Source of the DNA: Blastocladiella emersonii ATCC 22665
Lineage: Eukaryota > Fungi > Blastocladiomycota
Length of the DNA: 64,000 nt
Reading direction: 5' to 3'
Assembly (NCBI GenBank): GCA_025594325.1
Contig: JANHCV010000014.1
Location: 496,001 to 560,000, forward strand
Shown here: piece after piece, positions 12,051-22,903 of the stretch
How the letters are laid out: each line of letters starts with the position of its first letter
Position numbering within the stretch: position 1 is the first letter of the stretch
The notes under the pieces: model-generated
Databases searched by the model: none
What the model saw: only the letters and a program-made list of their open reading frames with translations
What the model was told of the DNA's origin: nothing
Program-made: the position numbers and the translations under genes

Positions 12051-12168
12051 GCTTGTGTGCTGAGGTGAGTGGAGGGAGCGCTCGCCGGGCTCAAGCGAAC
12101 CGCGGAAATCATGCACGGGAAGCCCCGGATCTGCATCACATGGGAGCGTGTGGCGGTGAACAACGCGC

Positions 12169-13746
12169 ACCTTCAAGACCGACGGCTACACCCTGCACCT
12201 CATCATGACCAAGGGTGGCGTCCCGACCAAGATCGAAAAGTCGTTCGGCGCGGCCCGCAAGGCCAAGTCGGGTTCGCGCTCCCGCGGCAGGGACAACGGC
12301 ATTGTTGACCAGCAGGAGGCCGAGCAGGAGATCGGGCGGCAGGGCGACCAGCAGGAGGCCAACAAGGACTACGAGTCGGACGAGGAGGAGCTGCTCGAGA
12401 CGGTGTGCGGCATGGTCGACGCCCACGAGGACGACGCCGACGACGAGGAGCTCGAGGACCCCAAGGAGTTTGCCTTCGGGAACGTCAAGATCCGGGTCCG
12501 GCGCGGCCAGTACGTGATCGTCATTTACCCGGGTGTCGGCTTCTTCATCTCGGGTCTCGCGGTGACGTACAAGCAGGCCAAGCGCATGCGTGACCGGCGG
12601 GCCCGCGCCCAACGGTCGGCGCACACGGACTCGGCCGACTTCAAGCAGGAGGTCCTCGACATCGCCACCAACATGGACACCGAGGGCAAGGCCACGTACG
12701 CGCAGATCACCAGCGCGCAGTTCCAGTACCAGACGGGCGCAGTTCGGGCGGCCAAGGACCACGTCGACGCGGCCAAGAAGTGGGGCATCCAGCCGGCCCT
12801 CGTCGAGCTGTCGGAGGCGTACATGTCGCGCGACCAGGACAAGATCCTCGAGGCCGAGCTCAAGCACGCGGCGCAGCTCCAGGAGTTTGGCGACCGCAAG
12901 TCGCTCAAGCGCCGCCGGTTCTTCTCGGGCTCGCGGCGCCAGAAGTGGTGGTCCGACCTCGCCAACTCTCGCCAACTCGTTCCACGACGCGGTCGTGCTC
13001 ATCGGCCACGCCAACAACTTTGGCGCAATCAAGAAGTCGCACAAGGGCCCGGTTAAGGAGAGGATCCGCAAGATGCGCAAGCGCGGCGTCGACATCCACG
13101 TCGTCAACGAGGCGTACACGTCCAAGCGGTGCTGCGCGTGCGCTGCGCGTGCGCTGCCGTGGCGGCCGACAACGGCAAGGACCACAAGTGCGACCTCGTG
13201 CAGGCCGACGACTGGAACAAGAAGACGTGCAGGTCGTGCGGCAAGGCCTTCAACCGCGACCGCAACGCCGCCATGAACATCCTCCTCTTCAACTCGCACC
13301 TGCTGCACTTTGACGAGGACAACGAGATCGCGGAGCCCTTGGCATCATCTTCACCAAGTTCCTCGGCCTCGGCATCATCTTCACCAAGTTCCTCGGCCCC
13401 CGCTTCCCAGTCCAAGCTCACCACCAACGCCAAGTCGCCATCGACTTCTACCTCGCTCGTCCGCCCCGCTGCTGTGACGTCGGGTAACACGGTGGTCTCG
13501 GGCGTGCGGCGAGTGGGCGTTCCTCGGGCGACGGCAGTGGCCGAGGCGAAGCGCCTCAAGGCCAAGAAGGCGCGCGCAGCCGTCCGCGAGGCGAGCGTGC
13601 TTGGGCAGACCTTGGACCCGAGTTTGCTCGAGACCAAGGACGTGCAGGAGCAGGCGTACCGTCGACGTCGGAAGCGCAACCGCGCGACGCGTCAGAAGCG
13701 TGTGCTCGAGCGTCAAAGTGAACAGAACGCGTCGCAGGTCTTGTAA
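12169..13746 (+). mobile_element. Fanzor1 (eukaryotic TnpB-derived RNA-guided nuclease), 5'-truncated and inactivated
   Basis: Removing duplications 12958-12977 (10 bp) and 13131-13152 (11 bp) gives one frame: FKTDGYTLHL...VIVIYPG (RuvC-I, D>Y at 12526)...AVVLIGH...VVNEAYTSKRCCAC (relocated RuvC-II E at 13109)...KTCRSCGKAFNRDRNAAMNI (Zn ribbon, RuvC-III D at 13258). G at the canonical E site with a downstream E is the Fanzor-type arrangement. Confidence 0.85.
12958..13400. repeat. Three short tandem duplications within the Fanzor ORF (10 bp, 11 bp, 30-bp period)
   Basis: ctcgccaact x2 at 12958-12977; gctgcgcgtgc x2 at 13131-13152; ggcatcatcttcaccaagttcctcggcc at 13341 and 13371. Confidence 0.92.
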
Positions 13747-14571
13747 CCCTATTTCCCTCCCACCCTTCCCCTTGGAGCCCACCCCAGGGCCCATTTCATG
13801 TTATTTGTGTCTGGCCACGCGACGTACAGTGTATGCCGTGTAGAGCCAAATGATACATATGAATTCGCAGTGACAGCGTTACGGAGCGCGACGTACCGCA
13901 AGCAAATTTCAGGCAAAGTGTGAAGTGTGTGTAGCCAAGGCCATGGCCGCATCTGGTGCAAACCTTGTAGCCGGGCACGACGGGACTAATGTGTGTGTGT
14001 CGTGGGATGGTCGCTGGTCGAGAGATTCACAGCGCGCGAGTCGACCAGAAAGCGATATGGCTCGCGCGTCCGCCGCTACAGCATGGGCGACTGCGCTTGG
14101 GCAGCACGTTGGAGCGATCTCGCACGATGACAGCCTGCGCCCTTGGGAATACTGACGGCTTCGTATAAACCAACCATGAACGATGAAGCATGTCGAGACG
14201 GGACGTCGAAGAGGCCGGAGTTGACCAAGGAAGCAGCGCATGGTCTGATCGACGCCGCGCGTGGCCTAGCTGACGAGGTCGCCAGCAGCTGCCGTTCATG
14301 CAGCTCACAGGGACCAGTCGTGTCTCTGAGAAAGTTGCATCAGCTTACATTGCGTTCAAGTCTCTTGCTGGACAAGTCGGTGGAGCGGGGATGATACTCG
14401 AGCGCGAGCGTGAGCATGGGCTCGCCGTCGCGAGGCTTGATTCGTCATGTGGTCCGCCGCAACATGAACATCGCGCATCGCGCGTTCGCGTGCGACTCGA
14501 AAAAGCGTCAAAATCAATCAAAATTCCAATGCAACTTGACTTTATTAACACCAACGCTGCATGGGCGCAAG

Positions 14572-16548
14572 CTAGCTCGACAACAGAACCTGCGACGCGA
14601 CGAGGTTCGCGAGAAGCACCGAGTACTACACGCGAACGCGTCCAATCAACGACCCGTCACTCTCAGTCGAACGAGAGCTACGTACGTGGCAGACATCCGT
14701 CGAAACCATCTCGTCCCTCCCCGCCTCGACCGCGGCTTGCGCACCCTGCGTCGACGACGGCGGCGTAGGACCCGCGCTCGCCATCAAGCACCCCATCGTC
14801 ATCGACGCGTCGAGCGATGACGCGAGCGCCGTCGCAGCGATTCCCGACCGCAACGCTTGCGAGAGCGCTTGGACCAAGTCGCGCGCCGCCGCGTGCAAGG
14901 CGTCGGGCTGAGCGAGCAAACGCGGCGAGGACTGCGGCACCCGATCGACGGACAGGACGAGCAGGAACCGCGCAACAATGGAAGTGCTGTCGCGAGCACC
15001 CGCAACGACCGCGGCCGCGAGCCAGACGCGGTAAAGCACAAGCGCGAGGACCGGCGAGATCCCACCGTTTCCGCTTGGTGAGGCCGGCATGCCGCGGATG
15101 ACCATGGACAAGCGGCGGGCGAACGACGGCCGGCGCTGTTGCTCCCGCGCCGGGCCACCGCCGCCGCTGCTCACGCCGTCAAGCGCCGGAATCCACGCCC
15201 GGCGGACCAGCACCTCGAGCGCCTTCCTCGGATCCACCTCCCCGCCGTCATGACCCGCGAGCCACGCAGTCCACGGCGCGAGAACCAAGTCCAGCGCCTC
15301 GCCAAATCCCGGCCCGACATCCATGTTCCGCCCGCGGGCCGTGGCGAGCGCGACAGTCGCGTCGGCGTGGCCGAGCAGGATGCGCCACGCGAGCGACTTG
15401 GTGATCATCTGCATTGGCGCGGCTGGCTTTGCGAGCTCAGCGACGACAGCGCGCGCCGCGATGGTCGCGAGAAGCGGGACGGGCTGGCCCTCGCGCGCGA
15501 GGAGCGCGTCGAGATGGGCCTCGATGGCGGGCGTACATGGCTGCAGCATGGCGGCCGCGACCGTCGAGCTGTCGCCAAGGAGCCACCTGGGCAGCGAGAC
15601 CGGATCGGCGACACCCAAACCGTCGACCACCGCCTTTGCGACCTCGTCCACCCGCCACGTCGCGCCCGGCAGCCCGACAAGTGCGACGAGTTGTCCCACC
15701 AACCCGCGCCAGGCCGCCGCCGCGTCTTCGTCCCCTGCGTTCGCAAACCCGCGGTCGACCGCGCGGCGGAGACACCCGAGCATCGCGTCGCGCGTCGCGC
15801 CCATCGTCGCCGCCGTGGCGAGCATCGACGCGGCGGTCGACTCGGGCGCGAGCGGGTCTGCGCGCGCGAGATCCGCGATGCGATCGGGCCACGCGTCGTC
15901 GAGCGCGAAGCGACACGTCAGAAGCAGCGCGGCGCCGAGGTCGGCGCACGGGTACTCGCGCGCAAGGGCGGGTTCGGAGAGTGCGGCGGATTGTAGGATG
16001 TGCAGCTGGCCGGGCGAGGGCGGGGTGGGGTTGAAGAGAGGGGCGGGTGTGTGTGATGAGCGTGTGAGGGCGCGGGCCGAGTCGAGGTGTACTTTGGCGA
16101 GCGCGAGGACGAGTTTCGCAACGGGCCCGCGCGGCGTGGGTGTAGACGCGGCTGGCGGATCGGAGACCGCGCGGGGCGACGTGTCGATGGTCAGGTTCGG
16201 CCTGCTCGTGGGCTCGGCCGCCTCGCTGATCTGCTGCTTCTCTCGCTCAATGTCCCCCGACTCCCCCGCCGTCTTGTCGCCCGATTCCTCGCCGCGATCG
16301 GACGGCAGGGGAAGAGGAGCCCGGTTTCGCCGGCGCTGCGCGTCAAGCAATACGCGGCGGCCGTGCGGACAGGTGCGCTTCGGGTACGCGACCTGGTCCG
16401 CGGCGCGCAGGCAGCCGAGGCAGAAGGCATCCGTGGCGGATGCCGCGGAAGGCGCGTCGCTGCGTGCGCTGCCGCCGAGCTGCGCGAGGACCAGCGGCTC
16501 GAGGACGAGCGCGGGCGAGGGGAAGTCGAGGTGTGCATCAGCTTCCAT
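14572..16548 (-). CDS. Hypothetical Ala-rich protein (2 exons), with a small Cys/His cluster (CLGC...CPH) near the N-terminus
   Basis: Long ORF with core-like GC3 from ATG 16548. Predicted intron 14685-14626 (GTACGT...GTAG) and last exon YSVLLANLVASQVLLSS*, followed by AATAAA. Confidence 0.6.
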
Positions 16549-16786
16549 GGCGATCAAAGTAGTACGGCGATGTCTCGTGGGCGATATGCGCGCGAAGTCT
16601 TGGGGGAACGCGTCGACGCGTTGCGCCACACGGCCGCAAACGCGACGCGTCCAGCTTGTCCCACGCGCAAATCATAAGGTGTTGTTGGTCAAAACTGTTC
16701 ACGGCGTGATCATTTATTCGTGAGGTGTATCGTACAAGAGGGGGGAATGAAAGAAAAGCACTGCACAAAACCGACCGACCGACCAA

Positions 16787-18772
16787 CTAGACCGCGACGA
16801 GCGCCGCGACCGTACCTGCCGCGACCAACATCACGGTCGCCCACCGCCCACTCGCGCCCGCCGCCGCCGCCGCACCCGACCGCGCGCCGACCGAGACGTA
16901 CTGCCCGAGATCCATATTCTCCTTCTCACTCGCGAGGACAGCCTTGAGCCCGGCGACACTCGACCCGTCGCTCTTCGCCGCAGGCATCCCGCGGACGGCG
17001 TACCCGAGCGCGCGGAGCGCGGCGACGGTCGCAGGCCCGAGCCCCGACCCGCGCACGGTCCCCCCAATCATGCGGTTGTTATCGATCGAGTCGCCGCGGG
17101 TGCGGAGCGACGGCGGGAGGGTGACGGCGGCCATGAGGAAGTCCGGGCTTGAGGGATTCCACGCGGCCGCAGAGAGCGCGGTTGCGGGGTCCGCGCCGTA
17201 CGCGAACACGGGGTCCCAGTGCGACAGGCTCGACCCGTCGCTGTACGGGTTGTAGGTCGAGTCGACGAACAGGCCGAGCCACGGGGTCGCGGCGGCGTGG
17301 AGGCGGAGCGTGACGGGCCACGTCGCGTTGGTCGCGTTGGCCCACAGCCCAATATACTCGTCGACGGGGCCGGGCGCGAACACGACGCTGCGCGGGAGCG
17401 TCGCGTGCTGGAGCCGGGTGTTGGCGGCGGCCGCGAGCGCCGGGTCAGAGCGCAGCGCGATCGCGTACGAGTTGCCCGGCGTCTGCAGCGACGCGAGCGT
17501 GAGGGCGGGCGCGGGCGGAAGCTTCAAGCCCGCTGCCGCGGACGAAGCTGACGGGTAGCCCGACTTGAGCGCGCGGATGAGCGACGAGGTCCAGTTGCCG
17601 TACCCGTCGAGCCAGCCGCCGAGCAAACCGCCCGTCCCAGCATCCTGCACCTTGCCGGGGGCGGGGGAGGAGGGGAACTGGACGCCCTGGACGTCGACGA
17701 CGAACGCGTCCCACAGCATCGGGAACAGGAACTGTTGGGTGGCGTTCTTGGCGTCCGACTGGCCGTCCGTGTTGGGGAGCAGGAACGGGCCGACGGTCGC
17801 GTTGGCGGTGAAGGAGTGGATCCCGAAGCCGAGGCCGTGCTACAAATACCGCCAAGTCAGCATTCCCGTCGCGCGGGGTGCAGTACGAGGCAAACGCACC
17901 AGGATCTCGTGGGTCACGACATACTCGAGGTCCTCCTGCCCGTTGGCAATCGGGGCCGCGTCGCCCTGGACCCACCAATCGCGCAGGGCGTTGAACGAGG
18001 CCGAGATATCGACGGGGCTGAAATACTTTGACTCATCGGCCGCCGACACCGAGATATCGAGCTGCCGGATGAGCGCCTGCGGGACATACAGCGTCCCGAC
18101 CCGGCCCGGCGGGAACGCGTCCTCGTTGAGCCGCCGCGGGAACGGCTGCGGCGATTTCGGGTCGGCGAGCGCGGGGAACTGGACCGGATGCACGCCCGCG
18201 GGCGCGGCGGCGCCGAGCACGTTGCGCAGCTCGCACTGCGTGTAGGCCTTGTCGGCGGTGGACGTGGCGTTGCACGGCTGGAAGAAGGCGACCTGCACCG
18301 ACACGGTGCGGCGCAGCTCGATGACGGACCCGATGCGGGCGATGGCGCGCGTCACGGCGCGCTCGGCGCGGGCGCAGACGGACGGGTCCATGCGTTTGTC
18401 GCACGCGACCTGGAACGCGAACGAGGCCGGGTCCGTCCCGTCGACGGCGCTCTTGCCGGGTGACGAGGAACCGCGGAGCGACTCGGCGGTTCCATTCCCC
18501 GCGGCGATGCGGCGCTCGGGCAGGCGGTAGTACTCTGCACCCGCCGGCTCGCCGCCATCGCGGGTGCGCCGGGTGCCGCTGCCGCTCGCATCCTGCGCCG
18601 CGACACCGAACGCGGCCCTGCTGTGGTCAAGGATGGCATCGGTGCGAGCGTTCCAGCGCGGCGCAGCGAGGGCCGGGGCGCGGGGCGGCGAGAAGGGCGC
18701 GGGCCGGGCGTGAACCACTGCCGCTGCCGCGAGCACGGCGAGGACGGCGAGCGCCCCGAGAACAAGTTGCAT
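16787..18772 (-). CDS. Secreted or membrane-anchored zincin-type metalloprotease (HExxH), uncharacterised family
   Basis: Signal peptide MQLVLGALAVLAVLAAAAVVHA. Intron 17899-17840 splits HEIL/HGLGF. Downstream GSSLSHWD motif and a hydrophobic C-terminal tail (TM or GPI signal). Confidence 0.75.
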
Positions 18773-19048
18773 CGAGTGCGGCGGTGCGCGGCGCTCCCTT
18801 TGGCGACGATTCATGGGCACGGTGTTTAGCGAGAGGAGGGAGAAGCTGCCAAGACCCGACGTGCGGCTTGTACGCAGCGATCACCGAGCGCCGTCACGAC
18901 GACGGCCGCGGCGACGCCGAATCGCGTTGCAGGCGAAGCGCCACACGGTTCCACCGTCTCCTCTCCGTCCCCCTCGACGCAGACAGCGACGCACCGCAAC
19001 GCATCGAGCCCTCTGGGACCACGCAACTCCCCGCAACGCACATCAACC

Positions 19049-19677
19049 ATGGGCAACGCCTTCTCGTCGTGCTTCGGCGGCCCGCGCGACGCGCCGGGCG
19101 CCATGGACGAGAACCGCCCGCTTCTCGACCCGCAGGGCGCCGAGGACGCGCAGCCGATCCCGTCGTACATGCAGGAGGAGGAGGCGCTCAAGCGCATCGT
19201 GCAGAAGGCGTGCGAGTGCGTGTCTCGGTGGTGGGGAACTGTGAGAGACCCTGGGACCTGACGTTGCGGGAGTGTAGCTCGTTCATCGACATTGGCTCGG
19301 CGACCACGCGGATAACGGACAAGCTGCCGTACGGCTGCGAGCTGCCACCGTACGTACGCTCTTCTATCCTACCTGCCTCCGTCGTCGCTGACACCCCCGG
19401 CTGCCCGCCCGTAGAACGTCCAACTCGCTCGCCGTCAACTTCCCCGCGCAGCTCCCGCTCGCGCTGGCCGTCGACGCCGAGCTGCCCGTGCAACCCGTCG
19501 CGCCTGACGCCGACGAGGCCAAGCTGGTACTCTTTACTCTCCCGTCCGTCGAATTCGACGCACTGGACTTACCGCACCTGGCGTATCTAGATTACACAGA
19601 ACATGGACGCCCTGCTGCGCGCCATGGCCGGGTTCACGGTCCAGTACCAGGGCAGCGTCGTCGTGTCCTTGTCCTGA
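19049..19677 (+). CDS. LAMTOR1/Meh1(Ego1)-like lipid-anchored Ragulator/EGO subunit (4 exons)
   Basis: MGNAFSSCF (myristoylation Gly plus Cys), ENRPLL dileucine-like motif, QEEEALKRIVQKAC/DSFIDI, and C-terminus ...GFTVQYQGSVVVSLS* after three short GT-AG introns. Confidence 0.7.
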
Positions 19678-19922
19678 TGCCCTCCCGATTTTGTGTCTCT
19701 TCGCCACCATGTACATCACTCGTTCCGTCCACACGCTGACGTCACTCGATTCACGCTGAGCTCGCTCGGTCCACGCTGACCTCGGTCGTTCACGCGGACC
19801 TCCGTCACGAGTGGGCTGTCTCGCGGAGAGTGGGAGACACCTGTGCCGCGACCCGACGCGTCGCGAAACGCGTCGTTCCCTCTCCACCTCTACCTCTGCC
19901 TTACCCTCACCCACACGCCACC

Positions 19923-22833
19923 ATGGACGCACCTCTTGATGAAGCACCACCCGCACCTGCGCCAGACACCTCGGCTGCGCCCAACGCCGACGTCGAACGC
20001 GACGCGGAGCCCATCGTCGCAGAACCCGTCGTGACCGTCGTCCGCGCGTCGACCGACGACGTCGCGCCGCCCTCCCCACCACTCGATCCCGACCGCGGCG
20101 ACCCGCCGGGCCTACAACTCGGCGACCTGACCGCGTCCTTCGAGGAGCTCGCCGCGAGCCAGGCGCTCCCGCTCGACGGCCCGGACGACGACGCGTACGA
20201 TCCGACCGACGGCGGCGGCACCGCGGGCGGCGATGTTCCGCGTCTTGCGCTCGACGAGCCCGATCCCAACGACGACGCCGACGACGATGCAGACACGGAT
20301 ACGGACCAGCCCGACGACGACGGGTCGGCCGCCGAGCTCCCGCGTTCCATGACCGATCTGGCCGCGAAAGACGGCGTTGGCGGCGGGCGGCAGCGGAAAC
20401 GGCGCCTATCGTCGTCCTTCTCGGGCCTCCCGACGCTCGCGCCGCCGCACGCGCCGGCGCTGCAGCGCGTGCGCAGCGGGCCGTCGCCTCTGGGCGTTCC
20501 TGGCCCACCTGCTTCGCCCACCTCGACGAGCGGGAGCGGATCCGCCGCACCAACCGCCACGGCCCCAAAACTACAACCCGCGAAATCGGACCTGATCGCG
20601 CTGCATGAGCCGCTCAGCGCCGGCCTCAACCCGCTCGCGTCGGGCACGCGTTCGCTGGCGGCGTCCGACTACCTGAAAGCGTCGGACCCTTTGCACCGGC
20701 GCGAGTCGCACTCGCTGATGTTCACGGGGGCGGCGCTCGGGATCCAGCAGCAGACGCAGTCGCAGATCCTCAACAAGCTGAACCTGCACGCCATGTACCA
20801 GCAGGCCAAGGCCATGGTCGGCGCCAAGAACGGGAAGCTCACGCCCGCCGAGTGGTGGCGGTTTGCAATTCTGAGCGTTATGCGGTACGATTTCGGGGTT
20901 TCTCACTCCCCCGTCCCACACTAACTCCGTCGTTGTAGTGTCGTCCGCGCGCTCGGCGGGTTCAACATCTCGGTGCTCGAGGCGCTGGAGCAGAGCACGC
21001 AGCAGCAGGACAAGGCGGGCGGCGGGGCGGGCGGCGCGGGCGGCGGCGGCGCGCGCGGGCCCGAGTTCCGCCTGCAGGACTACGTGTCGCGGCCGACGTT
21101 TATCATCTCGCCCGATATCCGCCAGACCCTCGACAAGCACCGCAGCGAGTACACGGAGGAGGATTTCGCCATGATCGAGCGGTTGACGGAGCGGATGCCG
21201 TCGTTCCAGGTACGCGGACGTGGGGCGATGGCCGTGGACGGTGTGACTGACGGGTCGCTGTGAGCGTAGAAATACTCGCCCGAGGTCCGGCGCAAGCTGT
21301 GCCACAGTCTGCAGTACGAGGTGTTTGGGCCGGTACGTTTTTTTGGGGCGGACGATGGCCATGGCCGCCGCGGTGCTGACGGTGACCGCCGTGTAGGGCC
21401 GGATCATGGTCAAGCAGGGCCACGACCCCAAGTCGTTCTACTTTATCCTCAACGGGAACGTGCAGGTGTTCAAGTACGAGAACGACGTGCGGATCGACCT
21501 CAACGACCTGAGTTCTGGTACGCGCGGCCGCTCCACGTTCTCCTCCACAACTCTCACCCACGGCGACCGTGTAGGCGACTCCTTCGGCGAACTCGCTCTG
21601 CTCAAGGGCACGAAACGCACCGCGAGCGTGAAATGCACGACGCGCACCGAGTTCTTCCGCATCGACAAGGACGACTTCCTGGACGTGCTCAAGAACACGG
21701 CCGAGGAGGACATCCAGTCGAAGCTCGAGTTCTTCCAGGCCATCCCGTTCCTGTCCGACATCTCCCCCGCGAACCTGAACCGCCTCGCCGAGCTCTGCTC
21801 GAAACGCAAGTTACCCACCAACTCGGTCATCGTACGCGAGCGCGAATCGCTCAACGCCATCTGCATGATCCGGTCCGGCAGCGTGCGCATCCTGCGCATC
21901 GTCCCCTTCCGCAAGGTGCCCCGGAGCAACGCGCGGTACTCGCTCGAACCGTGCCCGATGCCCGAGCCCATGGCGGGGACGGCCGCGGCCGCGGCGGCGG
22001 CTGCGCACCAGAAGATCGCTGCGTCCGTTGGCGCGGCGGCCGCCGCGTCGCTCGAGCCCGGCGCGATGCCGTCCCGCCCGATCGGACGCGACGGGTCGAC
22101 GCCCATGGCGGCGGCGAGTGGGAACGGCGGCGACGTGATCTGCAAGCTGCTGTGCACGGGGTTCCTCGGCGCGGGGCAGTACTTTGGCCAGGAGTGTGTC
22201 CTCGCGTCGCTCGAGCGGCGCAAGGGGATCAACGCCGAGTCCCCCTCCGCGGCCGCCAACGGCGCCAACCCCGCCGCGCCGACCCCCGCCAGCAACAACC
22301 CAACCACCCCCACCGCCGCCGCGGCGTCCGCCGCGACCGCCTCCCTCGTGGGCTCGCCCCACTCGATCGTGACGTGCGAGCCGACCGAGATCCTGCGCAT
22401 CTCGAAGGTCGACTTCCTCAAGTTGATGACGCCGCGCGCGCTGTCGCTCATGGAGATGCAGGACCGCGAGGCGCGCGCCGCCGGGTTCGGGACGCCCTTG
22501 GCCGAGCTGCAGGCCGCGTTCATCCACGCGCGACGCTGGGCGCATTTCCGGACCAAAGTCCTCGGCGAGATCGTCGTGGATAAGGAGACACGCCGCGAGA
22601 GGAAGATCCGCGAGCTCGGGTTGTCGGGCGGGTCGACGGCGAGGAAGGTGGGGGTGGGGGTGGGGATGTTGCCGCCTGTGCGGAGCCCGGAGCGCGGTGG
22701 CGGTGGTGGGTCGCCGGGCCGCGCGGCGACGAGGAAACCGGCCGGCGGCGACCGCGGCGCGCCACCGCCGCCTCCGCCTGCGCGCCTCGCCGCGATCGGA
22801 AGACATGGTGGTGGCGCAGCAGCGCGTCCCTGA
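19923..22833 (+). CDS. Protein with two cyclic-nucleotide-binding domains (CNBD2-like), multi-exon
   Basis: VKQGHDPKSFYFILNGNV...GDSFGELALLKGTKRTASVKC, then VIVRERESLNAICMIRSGSV...GQYFGQEC. Introns lie near 20885-20938, 21210-21269, 21333-21396 and at 21518-21574. Confidence 0.8.
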
Positions 22834-22903
22834 GATCCGCGGAAAAACTTTCCCCTCGCTCGGCGTTGATAGAAATCAATAGATAGTCTTACCCAGTTCT
22901 TCA

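Noticed and set aside
12069-12168. Possible upstream extension of the Fanzor frame (MEGALAG...WERVAVNNAH)
   Set aside because: This DNA aligns with the promoter of the paralogous LRR gene (atcacatggg versus atcacgtggg) up to about 12146, so it is LRR promoter rather than Fanzor.
14143-14560. Short helical-looking ORF fragments downstream of the Fanzor
   Set aside because: No motif or paralog in the window, and the frames are discontinuous; cannot be supported.
21518-21574. In-frame, stop-free introns (57 nt here; 60 nt at 36474-36533) as possible retention isoforms
   Set aside because: Expected by chance for short GC-rich introns, and retention here would disrupt the cNMP domain.
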